NCBI GenBank assembly: GCA_013820915.1
Contig: JACDHR010000001.1
Span: 8,641 to 72,640, forward strand
Length of the DNA stretch: 64,000 nucleotides
Direction of reading: 5' to 3'
DNA from: Gemmatimonadota bacterium
Lineage (GTDB): Bacteria > Gemmatimonadota > Gemmatimonadetes > Longimicrobiales > Longimicrobiaceae
Part shown: positions 28,094 through 37,530 of the stretch, in pieces
How the letters are laid out: every line of letters starts with the position of its first letter
Numbering within the stretch: the stretch's first letter is position 1
Program-made: the position numbers and the translations under genes
The notes under the pieces: generated by a model
Told to the model about the DNA's origin: nothing
The model's input: only the letters and a program-made list of their open reading frames with translations
Database searches by the model: none

Positions 28094-30267
28094 CAGAACG
28101 CCTGCCCCACCGCGAAGTGGATCTGGAACCGGTTCCAGAAGCCGCCACGCTCCGGTTGGAAGAGGCCAGGCTGAAGGATGAGGTTCCCCGTACCAGGGTC
28201 GATGACGTAGAGCCGCCCCGCCTCTCGCCCGTACGGGTTGTATGCGGCATCTACGCGGATCGGCCCCACGGGGGTGATGAAGCGGAGCCCGAGCCCGGGC
28301 GTGAAGCGGATCGGGGCCGTCACGTCCGCTTCCGGCGCCCAGACCTGCCCGGCGTCGACGAAATAGCCCAGCCGCATAAATTGCGATAACACGGGCGAAG
28401 GGCCGCGAAGCTCTACGCTCCCCACACCGAGTTGCGTGCCGCCGGTGGCGGACGCGGCGGGCCCCTGCGGGAATTCCGCCGTCGGTTGGCGGTTCACGTA
28501 GACGATCGGCCCGAGTGCATTGCGGGGGAAGCCGCGCACGGTGTTCGGCCCACCGGCGTAGAAGCGGCGCTCGGGCGGGATGAACTCCGCGCGCGGATCG
28601 AGAGTGCCGCGCAGGAAGGTGCCCCCGTACAGACGGCCCGCCAACACCCAGCCGGGGCTCACCACCCGGGAGGTCGTCGCCTCACCCGACAGCCTCAGGT
28701 AGTCGTCATCGGAGCCCAGCAGCGGGGACGCCCAGCCTACACCTCCGCGCAGCGCGAAGCCGCCAACCACGAACCCGTCCGTAACGGTGCGGTCATGAAC
28801 GGTGTTGAACGTGAGCGCGTTGGACCAGCGCGGCCGCTGCAGAAACCGCTGGAGCTCCGGTTCGCAGATATCGACGGCGAGACACAGGTTCGCCGGATTC
28901 GCCCTCGTGACCCCCCACTCTACGTCCGCCGTGGTGGTCAGCAGCGTATACCGGCCCAGATCGCGCGAGACGGCCACCTGGCCGCCCACGGCCTGCCGCA
29001 TGAAAGCACCGAGCTCCGAGAGCCGCTGCGCACGCACTCCCACCCCCAACTGGTTCTCCGTACCGAAGATGCGCGGCTGCTGGAAGTCGGCACCCACCTG
29101 ATAGTTGATCGTGTCGCTGAACTCGTCCTCCTGAAGCGCCGTGCAGAGGCCGTTTTCCATCCCCCACGCCGCGGGCCAGCCCACGCCGACACGGGAGATG
29201 GAGCCGGAGACCTCCAGCCGGCGGGCACCCCCGATGAAGTTCCGATTGGTCCACCGTGTTCCGGTCCGCAGGCAGTCTACCGTACCGTATCCGACATTCG
29301 CATCCACCAGGTACTGAGGCGCCTCGACCACGCGAACCAGCACCGTCCCACGCGTGCTGTCCTGCGGGATGAGCTGGAGCGTATCCGGCGCGATCTCAAC
29401 GGTGGCGAAGTTGACCATCCCCAGCCCGTACAGGTTGCGCTGGCTGCGGTTCAGGTCGGTGATGCGCAGGATATCGTCCTCCCGGAACGTCAACTGCCGC
29501 CGCACAGTTCCGGGGCCCAGCCGGTTCGCGCCGGCCACCACCACGGAATCTACACGGACCAGCGGCCCGGGGATGGCGACGTACTGCACCTCGGCGAAGT
29601 CCGCGACGGTATCGATCCCGTAATTGCGCAGCACCTCGGCGTACGCATAGCCGCGCCGCAGCAGCTGCGCGCGGATCGTGTCTGCCGAGGCAAGAAACGC
29701 TGACCGGCGGAAGGGCTCGTCCGCACGCAGGGGGATCTGCCGGAGCAGATCCTCGGGCGGGATGATCTCTTCCGTTCCGTCGATGACCAACTCGCGCAGA
29801 ATGACGCGATCGCCGGGCACGATGGCGAAGCGCACCTCCACCCGATCCCGGTCCATCGGATCGATCGTGGGAACCACGCGCGTACCGTAGAACCCGTGAT
29901 CGCGGTGGTAAAGCTGAATCCGGGCAACGTCGCGCGTCAGCTCGGTCAGGTCGAGCCGGTACTCGTTGCGTCCGATCCCGGTACCGGGGATGCAGAAGGG
30001 AAGAAAGAGGAGCTGGCAGCGGGTGGGCCGGGTCACAGTCACCGCGCGCAGCGAGTCTTCCGGGATCTGCAGATCGCCCGCGAAGCGTACCGCACCCACC
30101 TCGCGACCGGCGTAGTCGGCGGCTCGAGCTGACTGAGCCATCGCCACGCCGGCCGTTCCGCACGCACCCGCGACAACCGCCACGCAGAAAAGCGCGGCGG
30201 TGAGAATCCTATGTAAAAACGGGTGGCGTGAATCTGGCAGCGTATCCGTCATCAAGAGCGGAAGCAC
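28093..30267 (-). CDS. tamA: Omp85/BamA-family outer-membrane protein, TamA-like
   Basis: POTRA-like N-terminal repeats. The C-terminal beta-barrel ends in an aromatic residue (...FAVGQAF). Lies immediately upstream of tamB. Confidence 0.85.
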   Translation of the reverse strand: MLPLLMTDTLPDSRHPFLHRILTAALFCVAVVAGACGTAGVAMAQSARAADYAGREVGAVRFAGDLQIPEDSLRAVTVTRPTRCQLLFLPFCIPGTGIGRNEYRLDLTELTRDVARIQLYHRDHGFYGTRVVPTIDPMDRDRVEVRFAIVPGDRVILRELVIDGTEEIIPPEDLLRQIPLRADEPFRRSAFLASADTIRAQLLRRGYAYAEVLRNYGIDTVADFAEVQYVAIPGPLVRVDSVVVAGANRLGPGTVRRQLTFREDDILRITDLNRSQRNLYGLGMVNFATVEIAPDTLQLIPQDSTRGTVLVRVVEAPQYLVDANVGYGTVDCLRTGTRWTNRNFIGGARRLEVSGSISRVGVGWPAAWGMENGLCTALQEDEFSDTINYQVGADFQQPRIFGTENQLGVGVRAQRLSELGAFMRQAVGGQVAVSRDLGRYTLLTTTADVEWGVTRANPANLCLAVDICEPELQRFLQRPRWSNALTFNTVHDRTVTDGFVVGGFALRGGVGWASPLLGSDDDYLRLSGEATTSRVVSPGWVLAGRLYGGTFLRGTLDPRAEFIPPERRFYAGGPNTVRGFPRNALGPIVYVNRQPTAEFPQGPAASATGGTQLGVGSVELRGPSPVLSQFMRLGYFVDAGQVWAPEADVTAPIRFTPGLGLRFITPVGPIRVDAAYNPYGREAGRLYVIDPGTGNLILQPGLFQPERGGFWNRFQIHFAVGQAF

Positions 30268-30658
30268 GATAGTGGCGCGTGGCGCGGGAGGTCTCCCTCC
30301 ACGCTCCGCGGGAGCGGGTAATCTACACAGGGCGCGCGGAGGGTCAAATTACGCGCGACACTGCGATTATCCTACCATCAAAACAGGTTTCCACGCGTAC
30401 CCTGAAGAAGGAAACTTTGTTCATCCATCCACCTCTCCGAGTCGGGCGCGCGCACTGTCGCGCGCACTGTTCCGGGACACCGTGGTCCGCATCCTGCCCG
30501 CGGAAGAAGGGAAGGCGGCTGCCGGCGGTGGATTCCGGCGCGCGGCGTGGCGTGGTAGCGGCGAGCCGGGTTTGCGGTTAGAATGTGCTCGCTTTTTCTC
30601 GTACGATGACCTGCCGGGCGCATGGACGTGCGCCCGAGCTTGACGCTGACAATATCCC

Positions 30659-33475
30659 ATGGCTGACCTTCGCACATTTCACGGCCCAAACGCCGGGTTC
30701 GTTCTGGAGCTCTACGAGCGTTTCCTGGAGAACCCCGAGTCCGTCGAGGCCAGTTGGCGCGCGTTCTTCGAGAACACGCCGCCGGCATTTCCGGACGATG
30801 CCGCGGACGGTCCGCTTCCCGCAATGGGCGCCCGGCTCGCTGCGGGAGTGGACATCCAGCACGTGCTCGGCGGGCGCGAGCTGGCGCGCACGATCCGCAG
30901 CCGAGGCCATACCGCCGCACGACTAAACCCGCTCGGCGACGTCACGGAGCCGGACCCGGCGCTGAAGCCCGAAGCCCACGGCATCACCGAATCGGAGCTG
31001 CATGCGCTTCCCCCGCAGGTGGTGCGAGGGCCGGCCGCCGCGGACGGCGTGAGCAACGCTGCGGATGCGATTGCGCGGCTGCGCGACATCTATTCCGGCA
31101 CCGTCGGCTACGAGTTCAGCCATATCCCGAGTGCCGAGGAGCGTGCCTGGCTCCGCGAGGCGGTGGAATCCCGGCAGTTCAGCGCGCCGCTGGATGGTGA
31201 GCGGGAGCGGGCGCTCCTCCAACGGCTTTCGCAGGTGGAAGGATTCGAGAAGTACCTCCACCGCGCCTTCTTCGGTCAGAAGCGCTTCTCCATCGAGGGG
31301 ACCGACATGATGGTTCCCATCATGGACGAGATCGCAGCGTGTGCGGCAGATACCGGCGCGGGCGACATGATCATCGGGATGGCGCACCGCGGTCGGCTCA
31401 ACGTGCTCGCGCACGTCCTGGAGAAGCCGTACGAGAAGATCATCGTGGGCTTTCAGGGCGCCGTGAAATCGCCCGCGGCGGAGGGCACGAACTCGGATGT
31501 CCCCTCCGGCGACGTGAAATACCACATGGGGTGGCGTACGACACGGCGGTTCGGCGAGCGTGAGATCGCGCTCACGCTCTCGCCGAACCCCAGCCATCTC
31601 GAGTTCGTCAACCCGGTGGTCATCGGGATGACGCGTGCCGCGCAGGACTCCACCGATACGGCGGGCCCGCCCGCGGTAGACTACCGTAGCGCGATCGCGG
31701 TTCTGGTGCATGGCGATGCCGCCTTCCCGGGCCAGGGTGTAGTGGCGGAGACCCTCAATATGTCGGGCCTGCCGGGCTATACGATCGGCGGGACGATCCA
31801 CCTCATCGCCAACAACCAGGTCGGCTTCACCACCAGTCCGGAGCAGGGCCGCTCGACGCGCTACTCCAGCGATCTCGCCAAAGGCTTCGAGGTCCCGGTC
31901 GTGCACGTCAACGCCGACGACGCGGAAGCCTGCCTGGGCGTGGCCCGGATGGCGCACGCCTACCGCGAGCAGTTCCAAAAGGACTTCGTGGTCGACCTGG
32001 TCGGCTACCGCCGCTGGGGGCACAACGAGGGAGACGAGCCGCTCTTCACCCAGCCGCGTATGTACGGCGCCATCCGCGAGCACCCCACGGCGCGCGAGCG
32101 GCTGGCCGCGCGGCTCGTGGAGAACGGGGTGATCACGCGGGAAGACGCCGACGCGATGCTGCAGGCGACGCTCGACCGGATGGCGGAAGTGCAGGCCTCG
32201 TTATCGGGGAGCTCCCCGCCGTCCCCGGTTCAGCTGCCCGCGCGTCCGCAGCACGCCGCGGGCGAAGCCGACACCGCGGTGGACGCCGAGCGGCTGCGCG
32301 AGTTGAACGAAGCCCTGCTGCAGCGGCCCGAGGGCTTCACGCCCAACCCGCGGCTCGAGAAGTTGCTGGAGCGGCGCCGCGGCGCGCTCGGGCCCGGGGG
32401 CGGCATCGACTGGGGCCACGCCGAGTCCCTCGCCTTCGCCTCGTTGCTCAGCGACGGCGTCCCCGTGCGGATGACGGGGCAGGACGTAGAGCGTGGCACG
32501 TTCAGCCATCGCCACCTCGTTCTCCACGACGCGGAGACCGGCGAGACGTTCAACGTGCTGGCGAACCTGCCCTCCGCGCGGGCCTCTATCGAAGTCGTCA
32601 ATTCGCCGCTTTCCGAGATGGCGATCGTGGGATTCGAATACGGCTACAGCGTATACGACCCACAGGCGCTGGTGCTCTGGGAAGCGCAGTTCGGTGACTT
32701 CATCAATGGCGCGCAGGTACTGATCGACCAGTACCTGTCCGCGTCGTACCAGAAGTGGGGGCAGACCTCCGGCCTGGTTCTCCTGCTCCCCCACGGGTAC
32801 GAGGGGCAGGGGCCGGAGCACTCCAGCGCGCGGCTGGAGCGCTTCCTCCAATTGGCGGCGGAGAACAACATGCGCGTGGCCAACTGCACCACCTCGGCGC
32901 AGTACTTCCACCTGCTCCGCCGCCAGGCCGCACTGCTGGAGAACGATGCTCGCCCGCTGGTGGTGATGAGCCCGAAGTCGCTGTTGCGCCACCCGCTCGC
33001 CGCGTCGCATATCGGGCAGCTCTCCGCGGGCAGGTTCCAGCCCGTCCTCGGCGACGAGAACGCCGAGAACCGCGCCGACGCGATCACGCGTCTGCTCCTG
33101 TGCAGCGGAAAGGTTTATGTGGACCTGGTCGCCAGCGATGCACGCGAGGAGACAGAGAACGTCGCGCTCGGGCGCGTGGAGGAGCTGTACCCGCTTCCCG
33201 AGGAGGAGTTGAAGGCGCTGGTCGCCTCCTTCCCCGCCCTGCGGGAGATCGTCTGGGTGCAGGAGGAGCCGCGGAACATGGGTGCATGGAGCTACATGGA
33301 GCCGCGCCTGGCTCGCCTCGTGCCCGACGGCGTGGAGCTTCGCTACGAAGGCCGGCCCGAGCGCGCCAGCCCCGCCGAGGGTACGGCCGAGCGCCACAAG
33401 ATGGAGCAGGACCGCATCGTGACCGCCGCCTGGACGGGCGCCGCGGCTACGGCACAGAAGCGCAAGCGGGCGTAA
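30659..33475 (+). CDS. sucA: 2-oxoglutarate dehydrogenase E1 component
   Basis: 938 aa. Conserved E1o blocks (GMAHRGRLNVLA, HGDAAFPGQGVV, GYRRWGHNEGDEP, LLLPHGYEGQGPEHSS). Confidence 0.95.
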   Translation: MADLRTFHGPNAGFVLELYERFLENPESVEASWRAFFENTPPAFPDDAADGPLPAMGARLAAGVDIQHVLGGRELARTIRSRGHTAARLNPLGDVTEPDPALKPEAHGITESELHALPPQVVRGPAAADGVSNAADAIARLRDIYSGTVGYEFSHIPSAEERAWLREAVESRQFSAPLDGERERALLQRLSQVEGFEKYLHRAFFGQKRFSIEGTDMMVPIMDEIAACAADTGAGDMIIGMAHRGRLNVLAHVLEKPYEKIIVGFQGAVKSPAAEGTNSDVPSGDVKYHMGWRTTRRFGEREIALTLSPNPSHLEFVNPVVIGMTRAAQDSTDTAGPPAVDYRSAIAVLVHGDAAFPGQGVVAETLNMSGLPGYTIGGTIHLIANNQVGFTTSPEQGRSTRYSSDLAKGFEVPVVHVNADDAEACLGVARMAHAYREQFQKDFVVDLVGYRRWGHNEGDEPLFTQPRMYGAIREHPTARERLAARLVENGVITREDADAMLQATLDRMAEVQASLSGSSPPSPVQLPARPQHAAGEADTAVDAERLRELNEALLQRPEGFTPNPRLEKLLERRRGALGPGGGIDWGHAESLAFASLLSDGVPVRMTGQDVERGTFSHRHLVLHDAETGETFNVLANLPSARASIEVVNSPLSEMAIVGFEYGYSVYDPQALVLWEAQFGDFINGAQVLIDQYLSASYQKWGQTSGLVLLLPHGYEGQGPEHSSARLERFLQLAAENNMRVANCTTSAQYFHLLRRQAALLENDARPLVVMSPKSLLRHPLAASHIGQLSAGRFQPVLGDENAENRADAITRLLLCSGKVYVDLVASDAREETENVALGRVEELYPLPEEELKALVASFPALREIVWVQEEPRNMGAWSYMEPRLARLVPDGVELRYEGRPERASPAEGTAERHKMEQDRIVTAAWTGAAATAQKRKRA

Positions 33476-33528
33476 CGGCCTTTTATCATACAACCAATTA
33501 CATCATACAACAGGGGAGCGAAGCGTAT

Positions 33529-34854
33529 ATGCCGGTCGAGATCCGAGTCCCACCGCTGGGTGAATCCGTCGTCGAGGCCACCGTGGGGCGGTGGACCAAG
33601 AAGGAAGGAGAGGCCGTCTCTCGCGACGAGGTGCTGGTCGAGCTTGAAACCGACAAGATCACCGTCGAGGTCGCGGCCCAGAAGGACGGAGTGCTCGGCC
33701 GTATCGAGAAGCAGGAGGGCGATACCGTAGGCGTAGACGAGCTGCTCGGCATGCTCGAGGCCGCCGACGGTGCGACCCCGGAGGACGAGGCGGGGCAGAC
33801 CGCGAGCGTCCGATACGAGGAGAAGGAGGAAGCCGCCGCCGGCGCTACCGCTGACACGCAGACCGGAGACGCGCAAACGTCGCCGGCCGTGCGCGCGCTG
33901 GCCGCCGAGCACGGGATCGATCTCGGCGATATCCGCGGTTCCGGCCCCAACGGGCGGATCATCAAGGAGGATGTGCTCAGGGCCAGGGAAGACGGAAGAG
34001 GGAACCGGAGCGGCGTAGCCGCGGATGCCACTGAGCCGCAGGCGAAGAAGAGGGAAGAGGGAACAGCCCGGACGGCTTCCGCTTCCAAGGCCGCCGCCCC
34101 ACCACCGGCGCCGCGCTCTGCCCCTCCCGCACCGGCTCCAACCGCGTCATCCAACGGACGCCAGACGCGGGAGCGGATGTCGCGCCGTCGGAAGACCATC
34201 GCGCGGCGGCTGGTCGAGGCGCAGCAGACCACCGCGAGCCTGACCACCTTCAACGAGGTCGATCTGTCCCGCGTGATGGAGATCCGCAAGCGCCGGCAGG
34301 ACGCGTTCGTGAAGAAGCACGGCATCAAGCTGGGCTTCATGTCCTTCTTCGCCAAGGCCGTGATCGGCGCGCTCCGGCAGTTCCCCCGCCTGAACGCCGA
34401 GATCCAGGGCGACGAAATCGTGCTCAAGCAGCACTACGACATCGGCATCGCCGTTGGAGCGGAGGAGGGACTCGTCGTTCCGGTTGTGCGCGACGCGGAC
34501 CGCCTCAGCTTCGCCGAGATGGAGCGCTCCATCTCCGAGCTCGGCACCCGCGCGCGCGACGGCAAGCTCACGCTCCAGGACCTGCAGGGCGGCACCTTCA
34601 CCATCACCAACGGCGGCATCTTCGGCTCGATGCTGTCCACGCCGATCCTGAACCCGCCGCAGGTGGGCATCCTCGGCATGCACAACATCGTGGAGCGTGC
34701 CGTGGTGATCGACGGCGAGATCGCGATCCGCCCGATCATGTACGTCGCGCTGACCTACGACCACCGCATTGTCGACGGCAGCGAGGCGGTTCGCTTCCTC
34801 GTGGCGATCAAGGGGATGCTGGAAGACCCGGAAACCATGTTGTTGGAGGGGTAA
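33529..34854 (+). CDS. sucB: dihydrolipoyllysine-residue succinyltransferase (E2o)
   Basis: ATG at 33529 gives a lipoyl domain (MPVEIRVPPLGESV...ETDKITVEV), a PSBD (SPAVRALAAEHGIDL) and a catalytic DHRIVDG. Upstream ORF 32755.. is an off-frame extension through sucA. Confidence 0.95.
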   Translation: MPVEIRVPPLGESVVEATVGRWTKKEGEAVSRDEVLVELETDKITVEVAAQKDGVLGRIEKQEGDTVGVDELLGMLEAADGATPEDEAGQTASVRYEEKEEAAAGATADTQTGDAQTSPAVRALAAEHGIDLGDIRGSGPNGRIIKEDVLRAREDGRGNRSGVAADATEPQAKKREEGTARTASASKAAAPPPAPRSAPPAPAPTASSNGRQTRERMSRRRKTIARRLVEAQQTTASLTTFNEVDLSRVMEIRKRRQDAFVKKHGIKLGFMSFFAKAVIGALRQFPRLNAEIQGDEIVLKQHYDIGIAVGAEEGLVVPVVRDADRLSFAEMERSISELGTRARDGKLTLQDLQGGTFTITNGGIFGSMLSTPILNPPQVGILGMHNIVERAVVIDGEIAIRPIMYVALTYDHRIVDGSEAVRFLVAIKGMLEDPETMLLEG

Positions 34855-34858
34855 GATT

Positions 34859-35062
34859 ATGATGACGACGGTGCAGGGGGTGGTCCGTGATGGGAAGATC
34901 ACGATCGTCGAGAACGTCGAGATGCCTGAAGGTGCACACGTCCTGGTCACGCTTCTACCTGACGACGACCGGATGTTTTGGACTCAAGTGACGGAGCAGG
35001 CGTTCGCCAAGATTTGGGACAACCCGGAAGATGACGCGCATGGCGAACTTCTCGAGGAATGA
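34859..35062 (+). CDS. small antitoxin-like protein (DUF104-like N-terminus)
   Basis: 67 aa beginning MMTTVQGVVRDGKITIVENVEMPEGAHVLVTL. Starts 5 nt after the sucB stop and overlaps the downstream MazF-like gene. Confidence 0.55.
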   Translation: MMTTVQGVVRDGKITIVENVEMPEGAHVLVTLLPDDDRMFWTQVTEQAFAKIWDNPEDDAHGELLEE

Positions 35063-35369
35063 CGTCGTCTCGGTTCGGTACCCATTCTCGGATCTGTCGC
35101 GTGCCAAGGTGCGGCCAGTGGTGGTGGTGAGCACGCGACATGCTTCCTCGGATCTCTTTGTCGTCCCTCTCACCAGCAAACTCACTCCTCTGCTGGCGGG
35201 CGAGTTCGTTGTTGCTGACCACATGGCAGCGGGTCTACGAATGCCTAGCGCCGTGAAGCGCGGAATCGGAACGCTCGAATCCTCGTTGATGATCAAGCGC
35301 CTGGGCCAGCTTGCACCCTCGGACGCCCAGCAGCTGAACGACTCTCTCCGCCTCTGGCTCGGACGCTGA
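35040..35369 (+). CDS. PemK/MazF family endoribonuclease toxin
   Basis: RNDVVSVRYPFSDLSRAKVRPVVVVS...LFVVPLTS...SAVKRG.GTLESSLMIKRLGQL matches the PemK/MazF layout. Ends 5 nt before lpdA. Confidence 0.8.
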   Translation: MANFSRNDVVSVRYPFSDLSRAKVRPVVVVSTRHASSDLFVVPLTSKLTPLLAGEFVVADHMAAGLRMPSAVKRGIGTLESSLMIKRLGQLAPSDAQQLNDSLRLWLGR

Positions 35370-35373
35370 AAAC

Positions 35374-36765
35374 ATGGCTGATACGGATACCTTTGATCTG
35401 GTAGTTCTCGGCGGCGGCCCCGGCGGCTACGTCGCGGCGATCCGCGCCGCACAGCTCGGGATGAAGGTCGCGTGCGTGGAGAAGGAGAGCGCGCTCGGCG
35501 GCACCTGCCTGCGCGTGGGCTGCATCCCCTCGAAAGCGCTGCTCGATTCCTCGGAGCTGTTCGACCAGATCCAGCATAAGGCGGAGTCGCACGGCATCGG
35601 CGTCAAGGGTCTGTCGATCGACATCGGCGCCATGCTCAAACGCAAGGACGGCGTGGTCACCGGTCTGACGAAGGGGGTCGAGGGGCTCTTTAAGAAGAAC
35701 AGGATCGTCTGGGTGCGCGGCTTCGGCCGGCTCGCGGCCGCGGACCGGGTGGAGGTGGAGGGCGAGGACGGCAAGCAGACGCTGGAGGCGAAGCACATCC
35801 TGCTCGCGACCGGCTCGGTACCCCTGGAGCTGCCGTTTCTGAAGTACGACCACGAGCGGATCATCGACTCCACCGGCGCGCTCTCGATCCCCGAGGTGCC
35901 CGAGCATCTCGTGGTCGTCGGCGGCGGGGTGATCGGCCTGGAGCTGGGCAGCGTGTGGCTGCGACTCGGTGCCAAGGTCACGGTGCTGGAGATGGCACCT
36001 ACAATCCTGCCGGGGATGGACGCGGAGATTGTCAAGCAGGCCGACCGCATCTTCCGCAAACAGGGATTCGACATCCGCACCGGCACACGGGTGACCGGCG
36101 CGGAGCGGAAGGGCGACAAGGCCACCGTAACGATCGAGGGTGCCGACCCACTCGAAGCGGACTACGTGCTGGTTTCCGTCGGGCGCCGCGCGTATACTGA
36201 GGGGATGGGCTTTGAGGAGGCGGGTATCCGGATGGAGCGTGGCGTGATCCAGGTGGACGAGCGCTACCACACCGGAGTCGGCAACGTCTACGCGTTCGGC
36301 GACGCGATCGGCGGGCGGATGCTCGCGCACAAGGCGGAGGAGGAGGGCGTCGCCGCGGTCGAGACCATCGCCGGCAAGCCTGGCCACGTAAACTACGCCG
36401 CCGTCGCCAACGTCGTCTACACCTGGCCGGAGATCGCGTCTGTCGGGATGACGGAGGAGGAGGCGAAGGCGAACGGCCGCGAGTTCAAGGTCGGTAAGTT
36501 CCCCTTCATGGCGAACGGCCGCGCCAAAGCGATGGGCGACACCGACGGGATGGTGAAGATCATCGCGGACGCGAAGACGGATCGCATGCTGGGCGCGCAT
36601 ATCCTGGGGCCGCGCGCCTCGGACCTGATTGCGGAGCTGGCGCTGGCGATCGAGTTCCAGGCCAGTGCGGAGGACATCGCGCGCAGCGTCCACGCGCACC
36701 CGACGCTGCCGGAGGCCGTCAAGGAGGCCGCGCTCGGGGTGGATGGAAGGATGATCCACCTGTGA
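35374..36765 (+). CDS. lpdA: dihydrolipoyl dehydrogenase (E3)
   Basis: GGGPGGYVAAIRAAQLG, redox-active GGTCLRVGCIPSK and C-terminal HAHPTLPE motifs. Confidence 0.95.
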   Translation: MADTDTFDLVVLGGGPGGYVAAIRAAQLGMKVACVEKESALGGTCLRVGCIPSKALLDSSELFDQIQHKAESHGIGVKGLSIDIGAMLKRKDGVVTGLTKGVEGLFKKNRIVWVRGFGRLAAADRVEVEGEDGKQTLEAKHILLATGSVPLELPFLKYDHERIIDSTGALSIPEVPEHLVVVGGGVIGLELGSVWLRLGAKVTVLEMAPTILPGMDAEIVKQADRIFRKQGFDIRTGTRVTGAERKGDKATVTIEGADPLEADYVLVSVGRRAYTEGMGFEEAGIRMERGVIQVDERYHTGVGNVYAFGDAIGGRMLAHKAEEEGVAAVETIAGKPGHVNYAAVANVVYTWPEIASVGMTEEEAKANGREFKVGKFPFMANGRAKAMGDTDGMVKIIADAKTDRMLGAHILGPRASDLIAELALAIEFQASAEDIARSVHAHPTLPEAVKEAALGVDGRMIHL

Positions 36766-36977
36766 GCGAGGAGATTACGCGCATCGAGCTGCCGCACCCG
36801 CTGCAGGTGGAGGTGTACCGGCGGATGAGCTCCGCCGAGCGCCTCGCGGCGGGGTTCCGGTCCACGGAGTTCGTTCGCGGCATGCTTCGAGCGCGCTTCA
36901 CGGGATTGCACCCCGCGTGGAGTGCGGAGCAGGTCGAGGCGACCGTAGCCCGGAGGATGCTTGGAAAGCCAGAGTGA
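36762..36977 (+). CDS. small hypothetical protein, translationally coupled to lpdA
   Basis: GTG start in a GTGA overlap with the lpdA stop. 71 aa. Overlaps the following NTase gene by 17 nt. No family recognised. Confidence 0.4.
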   Translation: MSEEITRIELPHPLQVEVYRRMSSAERLAAGFRSTEFVRGMLRARFTGLHPAWSAEQVEATVARRMLGKPE

Positions 36978-37527
36978 TCTTCTCCGGTATCTGATCGACG
37001 CGTTCGAGCAGCTCGCCATCCCATATGCAATCGTCGGGTCCATCGGATCCATGGCATACGGTGAGCCGCGTTCGACACGGGATATCGACCTGGTCGTGGA
37101 GCTGAAGCCGAAGGACGTACCGCGATTACGGCTGAGTTTCCCCGCACCTGACTTCTACCTCGACGAAGCCCACGCTCGCTCGGTGGTCCGGACCGGCGGA
37201 CTGTTCAATATCATCCACCCCGCGTCCGGGTTCAAGCTCGACATCTACGTTCCCGCCGACGAAATCGAGGAGCGTCAGGTGAAGCGCGCCCGCATTCTTC
37301 CGGCACTGCCGGACCGGAGCGCACGCTTCTCTCCACCGGAAGAGCTGATCCTGAAGAAGCTGCAATTCTGCGCCATGGGCGGCTCCGACAAGCACCTGCG
37401 CGACATCGCCGCGATGCTGCAGATCTCGCCCGAGCAGATCGACCATGCGTACGTCACGCGCGAAGCGGCACGCCTGGGGCTGGGCGAGCTGTGGGAGGCG
37501 GTGGTGCGGCGGGTGGAGGAATCCTGA
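36961..37527 (+). CDS. nucleotidyltransferase-fold protein (AbiEii/DUF6036-like)
   Basis: NTase motif VGSIGSMAYGEPRSTRDIDLVV. C-terminal KKLQF...GSDKHLRDIAAML resembles AbiEii-type toxins. Confidence 0.6.
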   Translation: MESQSDLLRYLIDAFEQLAIPYAIVGSIGSMAYGEPRSTRDIDLVVELKPKDVPRLRLSFPAPDFYLDEAHARSVVRTGGLFNIIHPASGFKLDIYVPADEIEERQVKRARILPALPDRSARFSPPEELILKKLQFCAMGGSDKHLRDIAAMLQISPEQIDHAYVTREAARLGLGELWEAVVRRVEES

Positions 37528-37530
37528 GTC

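Noticed and set aside
30449-30468. 10-bp tandem duplication CGCGCACTGT x2 in the tamA/sucA divergent spacer
   Set aside because: It is too short and GC-simple to distinguish from chance, and no associated structure is present.
30579-30584. TAGAAT as a -10 box for the sucA operon
   Set aside because: There is no acceptable -35 at 16-18 nt (TAGCGG) and no extended -10 TG, so it was left unannotated.
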